Positions 38,115 through 47,123 of a stretch of DNA of 64,000 nt are shown piece by piece. The notes beneath the pieces were generated by a model, which did not search any database, had not been told where the DNA came from, and saw only the letters and a program-made list of their open reading frames with translations. The stretch lies in contig JAUSJG010000007.1 of assembly GCA_030647555.1 (NCBI GenBank), positions 106,181-170,180 on the forward strand. The letters run 5' to 3'. The position numbers and the translations under genes are program-made. Positions within the stretch are counted from its first letter, which is position 1. Every line of letters starts with the position of its first letter. The stretch comes from a bacterium. Lineage in GTDB: Bacteria > Patescibacteriota > Andersenbacteria > UBA10190 > CAIZMI01.

Positions 38115-38606
38115 CTAGGCCTTGCGGGTCATTACGAACAACCACGTCGAGTATCTTTCGCAAAAGACCTGCCCTTCGCAACAGCACCTGTGCTCCAGTC
38201 TTCTGTAGGGTCGGTTCACGTAGAAGGTGGAGACACAGGACGTGCTTCCTCTCCTGATGAAGATTGGCCTCATTCCAACAAGGAATGTTTCCCCGTAGGC
38301 CACTTTATCTTTTATCAGGAGATACGGCGCCAATTCCCTTGGACACGATTCCAGCCCTGCCTGCACGGCTGCGGTAAGAATTTGGTCAATACTGGAATTG
38401 CTTTCAATTCCAAACTGACCAGGACGAAGCAGGAAGAGGTCTAGGGTGAGGTTTTCCGTGACGCCCCTCAACTTTGACACCATTTCATCTGCCTCTGGGG
38501 TGAGATCAACTCGATCTGAATAACTCCTCGAGTTCTCCATAAAGAAGCTGTCTCCGCACCACCCCACTCCCATGGTAATCGTTTGCCACACCTTGAACTC
38601 TGCCAT
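38115..38606 (-). CDS. Hypothetical orphan protein
   Basis: AAGGAG Shine-Dalgarno before MAEFKVW. Confidence 0.7.
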   Translation of the reverse strand: MAEFKVWQTITMGVGWCGDSFFMENSRSYSDRVDLTPEADEMVSKLRGVTENLTLDLFLLRPGQFGIESNSSIDQILTAAVQAGLESCPRELAPYLLIKDKVAYGETFLVGMRPIFIRRGSTSCVSTFYVNRPYRRLEHRCCCEGQVFCERYSTWLFVMTRKA

Positions 38607-38705
38607 CTGTACTCTCCTTTTTTCCACCATTCTTCGTTCCGGCTTACGACCTGTTCGTAAGCCGGAAGAAAAAGGGGAAGCTTTTACTTCCCCGATTGTC
38701 CGATG

Positions 38706-39179
38706 TCACACCTTGATGTTGTCGATAGTGATTTCGGCGAGGACCACTTCGCGAAGATCGTCGAGTGGTGGCCACTTGATGATTTCCACCTCCGGTTTGC
38801 CGGAGTGTTGGCGGATTGTGGCCGGCGGATTACTGCCCGTGTGGTCCATGCGCACAAAATTCACTTTGGTGCATCCTCGGGCAATCAGTTTGTAGATCAT
38901 CTCCGCCGCCTTATCTTCTGCCTGTAACTGCGCTTTTTGCGGATCGCAGTCATCTGCCCCGAAGAGGAAAAACTTTCTCACCCGCACTTTTGTGCAGCCA
39001 ACCACGGTCCGCTCCGAGTCGGAGGGATCCGGAAGTGATCCGTAACGGTGTGTTCCCGTCACCTCAAGTAACACCACCCAGAATGACCGCGATTTTAACT
39101 GAGGCGTGTTGGTTCGATCAGCGAGACTCGCGATCCGCCCTCTCGTTGCGCACTCGATCAGACTGATTTTTGCACTCAT
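38706..39179 (-). CDS. Hypothetical orphan protein
   Basis: AAGGAG Shine-Dalgarno before MSAKIS. Confidence 0.7.
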   Translation of the reverse strand: MSAKISLIECATRGRIASLADRTNTPQLKSRSFWVVLLEVTGTHRYGSLPDPSDSERTVVGCTKVRVRKFFLFGADDCDPQKAQLQAEDKAAEMIYKLIARGCTKVNFVRMDHTGSNPPATIRQHSGKPEVEIIKWPPLDDLREVVLAEITIDNIKV

Positions 39180-39217
39180 GTTCATCTCCTTTTGTTGATG
39201 TTGACCTGCTCGCGCCA

Positions 39218-39660
39218 CAAAAAAACCTCAAATACGCTATTGAGGTTGTTTGTGTTTCTTCCACCCGCTTTTGGGCCTTCATGAGGCACAAAAGTGAGAG
39301 AAGAACGGGATCACGGGGACGTGCTCCCCTACAGCGATTATCGCCGCCAGAGTCCGAGTTTAACCCCACTTCGCTTCCGCCAGCCGGCGAAGCTACGCGG
39401 GGCAAAGAAAAACGATTGGGAGATATCTTCAGACGCTTACGGCGAGAAGAGATCTCCCAATCGTTTATAGGGTGGGATAATCAATCGGGAGGTCGAAGGA
39501 GCGATGCCTTCGTTTCCGCATAAAACCAGCCAAATCAGCCTTTGATTCGCTTACAATACAGTTGTTTCATATGCGGTCTCTACCTCGCTTGTCCCCGTGA
39601 TGTGGGGCTCGTTAGGTTTTGAAGGCACCATCCGTTTCCTTCTTAAACCGCTTCAGCCTG
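39218..39660 (-). ncRNA. Candidate ~430-nt structured RNA or leader
   Basis: TTGACA-16-TATACT promoter (39666-39692), long-range 11-bp pairing 39310-39320/39591-39601, several internal stems, terminator at 39218-39247. Confidence 0.55.
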
Positions 39661-39796
39661 GATAAGTATAATGATCCTAGAAATCTTGTCAAGGGCATGT
39701 TTTTCCGCTTGCTATTATGTCTTATCGAATATTAAATTAAAAAAAGCACCAGTTTTTTAGACTGGTGCTGTTGGATATCTTCGAATATCCGTTACG

Positions 39797-41074
39797 TTAA
39801 ACGATCCACGCCCGATAGTACTTCCCTTCATCGCCGAGAAGGCAAACCAAGTACGGCCCGGAGCGACAGATATCCCGCGATGGCAAAACGATCTTACCGC
39901 GATGCTTTGCCACGAAGGATCCCGACTTGGTGCGACTCGGCTCCGTGAAATCAAGCTCAAGCAACACTTCGCTCGACTCAAGTTGCTCAACGAGCATGAC
40001 CAAACAGGAGTGCTTGCCGTGCAGAACCACGGCCTTGTAGACGCCCGTCACCGACTTAACCCATCTCTCAACATAACATTCGAGTTGAGTGATACGGTGC
40101 CATCGGCCATCCTTTTTTACGAGAATGTACCGGCCACGTTCCGACCTAACGGACAAAACCGTTTCGGGATTGACCAGGTTCCACCGATGTATGCTTTCGG
40201 TAGTGTTCGCCATTTCCTCCACGTTGCACGCCACGTCGTGAAAGGCATCGTTCGTTTTTTGCACCAAGCGACTGATTGCAACTGCCTTCTTTTCGACTGC
40301 TTCGGCCGAGGCAAGTGCCTTCTCCACCCCATTGCCGGACGCGACGCGTAGCTTGTCGGCCAAATCCTTCAGCCTCGCAAGCACATTCGTGACGCGCTCA
40401 TGAAACAGTTGCATTTCTGCCGACTTCCGTCTGATCGCTTCCAGCTTCTCGCGAATGACTTTGTCTTTCGCAAGCAACTCTCTGATCCGCTCGATTTGAT
40501 CAATCGTGATCATTTTTGGAAGCAATCGCGAATGGCGAAAGCCGAACAACTCACCACACCGGAGCAAGTTCACAAGTGGAAATCGTCGAGTGGCTTTGTA
40601 GAAAGCAATTACCATGTCGGCGTCGTCTGTCGTCGGGGCAAACCCCAATTGAGTAATCGTGTAAACGATGTCGGCAACCTCTTCTGTCAGCCGACCCGCA
40701 CACAATTCCTCTTTCAACCAACCAACGACCGTTCGATCCGCAAGTTTTCTCCAATATCGACGAAGGTTGCCCTTCATGGCGTGAATCGGGGAAACACTCT
40801 CCACTTTCCCATGGCTGACCAAATGGACAAGCTTCTCGTGGCACTCCTCGCCCACGATGAGATAACTTCCATTTTGGGAATTGGAAAGAGTAACGCAGAC
40901 CTTGATCCGCTTGTTGCAGAGATGACAGTTATGCCAGCTTTTGGAGGCGTGGATCCTTACCAGATCCCACTCCATTGCCGCACTATCGAGTTCCCTCGCG
41001 TGCGACGCGTTGACTAGGTTCCGTGCCAGCTTTTGATGGGACCAATGACGTCCCACGGTTGGGGCAGTTTTCAT
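39797..41074 (-). CDS. Hypothetical protein with N-terminal putative Zn finger
   Basis: CHLC...I...N..NG....VG..C motif; TTGACA-17-TACAAT promoter at 41148-41175. Confidence 0.8.
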   Translation of the reverse strand: MKTAPTVGRHWSHQKLARNLVNASHARELDSAAMEWDLVRIHASKSWHNCHLCNKRIKVCVTLSNSQNGSYLIVGEECHEKLVHLVSHGKVESVSPIHAMKGNLRRYWRKLADRTVVGWLKEELCAGRLTEEVADIVYTITQLGFAPTTDDADMVIAFYKATRRFPLVNLLRCGELFGFRHSRLLPKMITIDQIERIRELLAKDKVIREKLEAIRRKSAEMQLFHERVTNVLARLKDLADKLRVASGNGVEKALASAEAVEKKAVAISRLVQKTNDAFHDVACNVEEMANTTESIHRWNLVNPETVLSVRSERGRYILVKKDGRWHRITQLECYVERWVKSVTGVYKAVVLHGKHSCLVMLVEQLESSEVLLELDFTEPSRTKSGSFVAKHRGKIVLPSRDICRSGPYLVCLLGDEGKYYRAWIV

Positions 41075-41187
41075 GGATCCAAATCCTTCCTATGTCCGGC
41101 ATTTCAGCCGGAGCGGTATGTAGTTGTCAATAGTACAAAACGGCTAATTGTACTACAATTTAAAACAATTGTCAAGGGAGTTGTGGG

Positions 41188-41384
41188 TAACCGCTCACAG
41201 GTCGAAGTAATCTGAACATTAAGGTTCGGCATTTACCAACGTACCGATCACGGAACGGAGCAAGGTTGCTCCGTTCCGTGATCGAACGGAGCGGTTGCGC
41301 GGATTACAATTCACTCCACTTCGCCCACTTTTCCTGATAAGGGGTATATTCTATTTATGATTATCCTTAACCTGTAAGCAGTTA
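41188..41384. mobile_element. MITE-like element with TAACCGCTCACAGG ends, containing a REP doublet (41245-41284)
   Basis: TAACCGCTCACAGGTCGAAG ... CTTAACCTGTAAGCAGTTA; similar ends at 54143-54266. Confidence 0.65.
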
Positions 41385-41439
41385 ATCCCCGTTTTCCACA
41401 CAAAAAATTTACTGAAAAACGTTCTCAATATTCTTTCCT

Positions 41440-42036
41440 TTATTTCCCCCGAAAAACTGCCAATGGCGACACTTTTTCGGATTGTTTTGCCAACAGGTGC
41501 CGAAGCTCTTCTTGCAAATCAATACCGTTTTTTTCCGCCAAGATTATTGCCAACAAAAAGAGGAGGCCCGACGATTGTTTTGCCACATCCTTATTTTCAG
41601 AAAGATACTGAACTGTTTCCAGAACTAATTTGTTTCCAGGAAGCCCACGATAATGACTTTTTACCGCTTTGATACAATCAGCCAGAGTAGGACTCTGTAA
41701 AGCAAATAATGGTTGTTGATCAATATTATTTTTACTGTTGCAAACAACCCACGATCTTCGATCGCGTTTAATAACAGAAAATGGCATCTTAAATACGCGC
41801 GGTTTTGAAATGCCGAGCGACACCACGTATCTTCCGCCCCGCAAAAAATCTTTAACCTTCAACACACGCGCCAAACCCACCACCCCGCCGCCGGAACCCT
41901 TGAAATATAGTAGATCACCCTTGTTCACCACCCCCACGGGTGGCTCACGTCTTTTTCGCACCCAAACAATGCGCGCACGACGCTTTTTACAAAGCTTGTT
42001 TAGTTCTCGTTCAGGGTAGACAACAAGATGATCCAT
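41440..42036 (-). CDS. Hypothetical protein, possible ASCH/PUA-like N-terminal domain
   Basis: PP.G.V..GD.LYFK.SGG.V.G.A.V pattern; follows recO. Confidence 0.65.
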   Translation of the reverse strand: MDHLVVYPERELNKLCKKRRARIVWVRKRREPPVGVVNKGDLLYFKGSGGGVVGLARVLKVKDFLRGGRYVVSLGISKPRVFKMPFSVIKRDRRSWVVCNSKNNIDQQPLFALQSPTLADCIKAVKSHYRGLPGNKLVLETVQYLSENKDVAKQSSGLLFLLAIILAEKNGIDLQEELRHLLAKQSEKVSPLAVFRGK

Positions 42037-42057
42037 AAACTTTACTTTATCGTTTAT

Positions 42058-42771
42058 TCATCCCTTTGCAACACCGCCCTGCGCGCGTAAAAGCTCTAAT
42101 GTAATTTGCCGTAACCGTCGCAAACTTGCATCGGAAATTTGTAATTTAAATATATTTTCCTTGCCCGTAAAAAATATTCTAATAATTTTAACGACATCAG
42201 TCATAATTTCATCTTTTTCTTCACCACATTCACAACACCAAAAACCACGTTCATGACTTTTAAAGGAAAAATCATTTTCTTTTAAACGCTTGCGACAATG
42301 TGTACAGGAATATAAATCGGGAAGCGCTCCTAAAAATCTTAGCAACTGCACCGCCACAATCTCACGCAAAAAACGGGGCGTTTCCTTGCTTTCATTCGCC
42401 CACGTCAAGCAATTAATAACCACATCATATAATTTTGTATCCCCCTGTCCTTCGCCAGTGTAGTGTCTTAATGTTTTGACGATATCATAAGCAATTTCCA
42501 ATCGATCATAATCGGTTCTTAGCGTTGGGAAAGTTTTTAACACACGCGCCTCACTCAATGAATTGCCACGTTTGGTGTTTACCAAAATAAGATTAGTCTC
42601 CATTAGAGTTTCCAAATGCCCCGCCCGCCGTGACGAAACATGCCGAATCCCGGGTGCGAAAAAACTTACTCGCCCCTCCTCGCGCGTATAAGCCTCAATA
42701 ATCATATCTTTCTCCCGCACCATCGAGCGGTGAATTATCAACCCCCTTAAACGTCTTAATCCTGTCTTCAT
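42058..42771 (-). CDS. recO: DNA repair protein RecO
   Basis: E.D.I...YT.E.G, GIR..SRRAG.LE, G..PDL..CxxC...CxxC. Confidence 0.92.
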   Translation of the reverse strand: MKTGLRRLRGLIIHRSMVREKDMIIEAYTREEGRVSFFAPGIRHVSSRRAGHLETLMETNLILVNTKRGNSLSEARVLKTFPTLRTDYDRLEIAYDIVKTLRHYTGEGQGDTKLYDVVINCLTWANESKETPRFLREIVAVQLLRFLGALPDLYSCTHCRKRLKENDFSFKSHERGFWCCECGEEKDEIMTDVVKIIRIFFTGKENIFKLQISDASLRRLRQITLELLRAQGGVAKG

Positions 42772-42795
42772 AGGTCAACAATACAAGTGATTCTC

Positions 42796-43025
42796 AAAAA
42801 AGAAAAAGCCGTAACCTGATGTTACGGCTGTATGCGAAAAAGAGCGAGCAAGAACAATAAGGTGGGACTGGATGTGGTCTCATTTGGAGTGAAACCATAC
42901 TGGAGCAGACTTGTTTCCCTGCGGAAGATGGGCTGTCTACTCTGTAACACTTGCGGGCTACTTTCAAACCCGAAAGCACATCCGGCGTTCTTGCCCGCTC
43001 TCGAAATATGCTAAAAGAACTACGC
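42796..43025 (-). ncRNA. Candidate ~200-nt structured RNA B (6S-like topology)
   Basis: TTGACA-16-TACAAT promoter (43032-43059), 15-bp closing stem 42841-42855/42987-43001, inner stems, terminator 42796-42829. Confidence 0.55.
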
Positions 43026-43065
43026 TCAACCATTGTAAACCCTGCTTTTGCAATGTCAAACAAAC

Positions 43066-43335
43066 AAGAAAACACCCATGAGCGATGTCATGGGTGGGTA
43101 TAAGGTGCGGGCGCGGAGAGAAGAACTAGCAACTGGAGAAAGAGAAATGGTACACAGCTTTGTGTCCGACCGACCAGAATGACATCAAGCTGTCTGGCGT
43201 GCCAACACTGAGCGAACTCTGCATAGCTGGCAAACCCACACTGAAACTTCCAATCGACGCAAACCCAGTGTTGGCACCCATTTCTTGTCCCACTGTGGAC
43301 AACCCCTCCGCGACCCGCATACTTGCCAAAGAACC
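43066..43335 (-). ncRNA. Candidate ~230-nt structured RNA A
   Basis: TTGACA-16-TATTTT promoter (43343-43370), closing stem 43106-43120/43304-43319, 12-bp GTGCCAACACTG stem, terminator 43066-43096. Confidence 0.5.
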
Positions 43336-43374
43336 TATTTACAAAATACTCCCACCACAATGATTGTCAAGCGA

Positions 43375-43455
43375 ACGAATATGATTAATGATTTACGAAT
43401 GATGATTTATGAAAAACGATTCGGTTTAAGACTCATAAATCCTAAATCATCATTC
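43375..43455. repeat. Empty inverted ATGA(A/T)TN heptamer element at the ileS stop
   Basis: ATGATTA ATGATTT ACGAATG ATGATTT ATGAAAA ... CTCATAAATCCTAAATCATCATTC. Confidence 0.8.
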
Positions 43456-46446
43456 CTGTCGAATTCCTGTTTCCATACCAAATAAAATTTCTTTTGCGCC
43501 CACACGATTTTTAAACTCGTCCGCGAATGTAGTGAAAACTTTTTTGTTAACCTCCGTATCTTCCAGCGTCAAAACAATCCGATCGCCCACATTCAAACCT
43601 GCTTCTTGACGCATACGTTGAACCTGACGCACCAAATTGCGCAAATCGCCTTCAAGTTTAAGCTCTTCCGAGAGTTTCGTAGCAAGACCGATAAAATATT
43701 CTTGTTCGTTAAAGCGCAAAGATTTTTTTACATCGTCCGGAGGAGTGGCAAGTTTAACTTCTTTTACATTCAACTCATCTTGTAAAACCTCCAGCAAACC
43801 AGCCGATAGGCCAACATTTTCCGAAACCCACATCACAGAAAGTGGCTGTTTGATGGCGAGATTATTTTCCTTGCGAATCGCGTGCGCAAATGAAGCAACG
43901 GCACGCAGTTTTTCCATATCACTCAACAAATCCGCATTGTTCTTTATAAATTCTTTATCGACAACCGGATAATCTTCCAAATGCACCGATTCTTTAAATT
44001 CTCCCTTGCCTCCTCTTTTCAATTCCTGATAAATGTTTTCGGAAATAAATGGCACAATGGGCGCAATCGCTTTTGCGGTTTTTAACAAGACAACATACAA
44101 AGTAGCCAACGCCTGCTTATCGCCACTGAAAATCCGTTCACGACTGCGACGAATATACCAAGTGGATAAATCATTAATAAATTCTTCGACCGTTCTTACC
44201 GCCGGAGGAATGTTGTATGTTTCAATCCCGGTAGCAACCGCTTGAACTGTCTGCTCCAAACGCGCATTTATCCAACGGTCCAAAATGTTGTCTGATTTTG
44301 CATCCGACAATTCGAAATCGTGTTCCACGGCATAAGTCAAGAAATAGACCACCGAATTCCAAAGAATATTTAGAACGCCACGTACTTTATTAGTCATCTC
44401 GGTCTCACTCAAATTTGCGCTTTCACCCAACATTAACGGTGAGGCCATGAAATAAAGTCTCAACGCATCACCACCCAAAGTATTTAGAACACCCTTGGTG
44501 TCGGGATAATTATTATAACTTTTACTCATCTTACGCCCATCCGTCCCGGCCAACACACCGGTCACCACGACATTCTTAAATGGCGCGCGATCAAACAACG
44601 CCGTACTGATCCGAAAAAGGATTTGGAACCAGGCGCGAATCTGTCCCGTATATTCAATAATGAAATCAGCGGGGAAACCTTTTTCAAAAACTTCCTTGTT
44701 TTCAAACGGATAATGATACTCGGCAAAAGGAACGGACCCGGAATCCAGCCAAACATCCAAAATATCGACGATACGGTGAAATTCTTTACCGTCTTTTTTC
44801 AGAATAATTTTATCCATAATATCGCGATGGAAAGAAAGTGGCCGATCGCCAAAGAAATAGGATTTTTTATCCCCTTCAACTTTTTCCGTCACCTGCTCCG
44901 TATACTGGCGTAACTCCGCGATACTGCCGATGACAATTTCCTCGCCATCTTCACTACGCCAAATCGGCATCACTGTGCCCCAATAGCGTTTGCGACTGAT
45001 ACACCAATCCGGCGCCCCTTGTACAACTTCACGGAAACGTCCGTCTTTAAAGACTTCGGGAACCCACTGCACATCTTGGTTAAGCTCCAAAATTCTCTTG
45101 TTGATTTCTTTTAGATTCACAAAATAGGCTTCTTGCGCCACATAAATAAGCGGACTTTTACTGCGATAGAAAGGCAAACGATGCTTATAAAGTTCCTTGC
45201 GATAAAGTTGCCCCGTTTTTTCCATTTCTTCCGCGATTAACACAGAAGCCTTGCGAATATACACCCCACGCCAAGGATCGATCAACATCTTCCCTTCTTC
45301 ATCAATATCTGAAAGATCAGATAACCCAAATTGCAATCCCAAGTTATAATCCATTTCGCCAAACGCGGGGGCGACATGCAGAACACCCGTACCTTCCGTA
45401 TTTGTTACGCCATCAGAAGAATAAACTTTATAATCGGCCGATTTGCATTTGTCGACAAAATTATTAAACAGCGGTTCATACGCGATTCCTAGTAACGATT
45501 CCCCACTGAACCTTTGCAAAACATTTACCAATTTTTCTTGAAAGGAGTTTTTGACTAAATCTTCCGCAAGAATAAATAAGGTATTTTCTGATTCCGCCAA
45601 GACGTAAGTAAAAGCCGGGTTAACCGCGAGTGCAAAATTTGAGGGCAACGTCCAAGGCGTTGTCGTCCAAGATAAGAAATAGACAGGGAGTCCGTTCGCC
45701 ACATCTTCAAAACGTTCGTCTTTCACTTTAAACTTTACAAACACGCTTAAATCTTCCACTTCCTGGTAATTGTCCGGATCCATCGCTACTTCAAATTCCG
45801 AGACCGGCGTTGAAGTCTCCGTGGAATAAAGCGACGTTCTTTTACCGCGATAAATCAAGCCTTTTTCGTACATTTGCTTGAAAGCCCAAATAACTGATTC
45901 CCCAAATTGTCCGTCCATTGTTTTATAGGCATGATCCAAATCCACCCAACGACCCACTTTGTTGATATACCAACGCCAATCGCTAATTTGCTCTTCCACA
46001 AACTCGCGACACAATGCCACATATTTATCCACACCAAAATCTTCCACTTGCTTACGATTGCGAATCCCGTGTTTTTCATTAACCTTCGCCTCAATCGGCA
46101 AGCCGTGACAATCCCAACCCCAAACACGGCGCACCCTTTTTCCTTTCATTGTCCAATATCTAGGCACTAAATCTTTGGCGATCGAAACCAGCAAGTGCGC
46201 GTAGTGCGGACTGCCACTCACAAACGGCGGACCATCTACAAAAACAAACCGATTATCCTCCGGTCGACTTTCAACCGACTTTTCAAAAATTTTATTTTCT
46301 TGCCAAAATTTCAAAGTCGCATCTTCCATCGCCGGGAAAGATTGCTTGGAGGGTAAATGAAACCCACACTTCGCCCACCCTTCGCATAAAGCTACGGCGT
46401 GGCGCGGTAAAGCTTCGCGGGGCAAGTTTTCTTTTCCGTCAGTCAT
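43450..46446 (-). CDS. ileS: Isoleucine--tRNA ligase, type 2
   Basis: DGPPF..G.PHYAH, GWDCHGLPIE, WTTTPWTLPSN, DWCISRKRYWG, KMSKS; no C-terminal Zn finger. Confidence 0.97.
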   Translation of the reverse strand: MTDGKENLPREALPRHAVALCEGWAKCGFHLPSKQSFPAMEDATLKFWQENKIFEKSVESRPEDNRFVFVDGPPFVSGSPHYAHLLVSIAKDLVPRYWTMKGKRVRRVWGWDCHGLPIEAKVNEKHGIRNRKQVEDFGVDKYVALCREFVEEQISDWRWYINKVGRWVDLDHAYKTMDGQFGESVIWAFKQMYEKGLIYRGKRTSLYSTETSTPVSEFEVAMDPDNYQEVEDLSVFVKFKVKDERFEDVANGLPVYFLSWTTTPWTLPSNFALAVNPAFTYVLAESENTLFILAEDLVKNSFQEKLVNVLQRFSGESLLGIAYEPLFNNFVDKCKSADYKVYSSDGVTNTEGTGVLHVAPAFGEMDYNLGLQFGLSDLSDIDEEGKMLIDPWRGVYIRKASVLIAEEMEKTGQLYRKELYKHRLPFYRSKSPLIYVAQEAYFVNLKEINKRILELNQDVQWVPEVFKDGRFREVVQGAPDWCISRKRYWGTVMPIWRSEDGEEIVIGSIAELRQYTEQVTEKVEGDKKSYFFGDRPLSFHRDIMDKIILKKDGKEFHRIVDILDVWLDSGSVPFAEYHYPFENKEVFEKGFPADFIIEYTGQIRAWFQILFRISTALFDRAPFKNVVVTGVLAGTDGRKMSKSYNNYPDTKGVLNTLGGDALRLYFMASPLMLGESANLSETEMTNKVRGVLNILWNSVVYFLTYAVEHDFELSDAKSDNILDRWINARLEQTVQAVATGIETYNIPPAVRTVEEFINDLSTWYIRRSRERIFSGDKQALATLYVVLLKTAKAIAPIVPFISENIYQELKRGGKGEFKESVHLEDYPVVDKEFIKNNADLLSDMEKLRAVASFAHAIRKENNLAIKQPLSVMWVSENVGLSAGLLEVLQDELNVKEVKLATPPDDVKKSLRFNEQEYFIGLATKLSEELKLEGDLRNLVRQVQRMRQEAGLNVGDRIVLTLEDTEVNKKVFTTFADEFKNRVGAKEILFGMETGIRQE
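46364..46426. repeat. Nested 30+33-bp micro-elements inserted in frame in the ileS 5' end
   Basis: Near-identical to the inner two layers at 15488-15550; adds about 21 codons (LPREALPRHAVALCEGWAKCG). Confidence 0.85.
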
Positions 46447-46501
46447 ACGCAATGAGCATAGGAAAATAAACGCGTCTAGGCAAGCCGTGAACACCAGCAC
46501 C

Positions 46502-46582
46502 CATCCCCCGTCGCTAAAGCTATGGGGGATTGTTTTTCTTTTGCGAAAGAAAAACAAAAAAACCGCGTGGTTAGCTGCGGTT
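46502..46582. repeat. CATCCCCCGTCGCTAAAGCTATGGGGGATT module plus terminator of the orphan gene
   Basis: Same module as 2784, 7968 and 22437. Confidence 0.8.
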
Positions 46583-46586
46583 GTGT

Positions 46587-47018
46587 TTACTCCGGCAAGG
46601 GCGTCGCTTCAATCGCCGTGAGATCAAACGGGATTTCAACCTCATCATAATTCACCCCACTTGCGGAAATTCGTAAGGTGTTTCCTCCACTGTGTTCATC
46701 GTAGTCACCCTTGACGAAACGATTGTTGCAAGAAAACGTAACAAAACCATTGCCAATCCGATCCATCATCGGCTGAATTGAACTGGTAGCTGATCCACTA
46801 CGAAGGTCATGAAAACCAAGGGCAATCCCAATGCTTTCGTCGTATTGCTCCTCCGGCGCGAACGTCGCAACCGACTGCGTCAAACCCTGAGTGTGGTCGA
46901 TAAGCCAGCAAAATGCCTTCACAATGATCAGTTCATTCGGAAATCGCTCGGCTACTGCCCGTTTTAGGCGCAATAAATTCTCGTCCGACACGCGCGGAAA
47001 AACTTTTGGTTCCGACAT
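46587..47018 (-). CDS. Hypothetical orphan protein
   Basis: AGGAG Shine-Dalgarno, TTGACG-17-TACAGT promoter and terminator. Confidence 0.75.
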   Translation of the reverse strand: MSEPKVFPRVSDENLLRLKRAVAERFPNELIIVKAFCWLIDHTQGLTQSVATFAPEEQYDESIGIALGFHDLRSGSATSSIQPMMDRIGNGFVTFSCNNRFVKGDYDEHSGGNTLRISASGVNYDEVEIPFDLTAIEATPLPE

Positions 47019-47123
47019 GGCAAAATACTCCTATTCGACCATTTGGAAAATACACAAGGAACGACCCTCGTACTGTATTTTATTATGTTTGAGACGTCAA
47101 CTGAATCAGTGACCGACCCAGTG

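Noticed and set aside
37599-38444. 281-aa plus-strand ORF
   Set aside because: It overlaps two Shine-Dalgarno-led minus-strand genes and a repeat; likely a shadow ORF.
39218-39660. T-box or lysine riboswitch reading of the structured leader
   Set aside because: GGGTGG is not followed by the T-box ACC motif, the AGGTAGAG match is too short, and the downstream genes are not amino-acid related.
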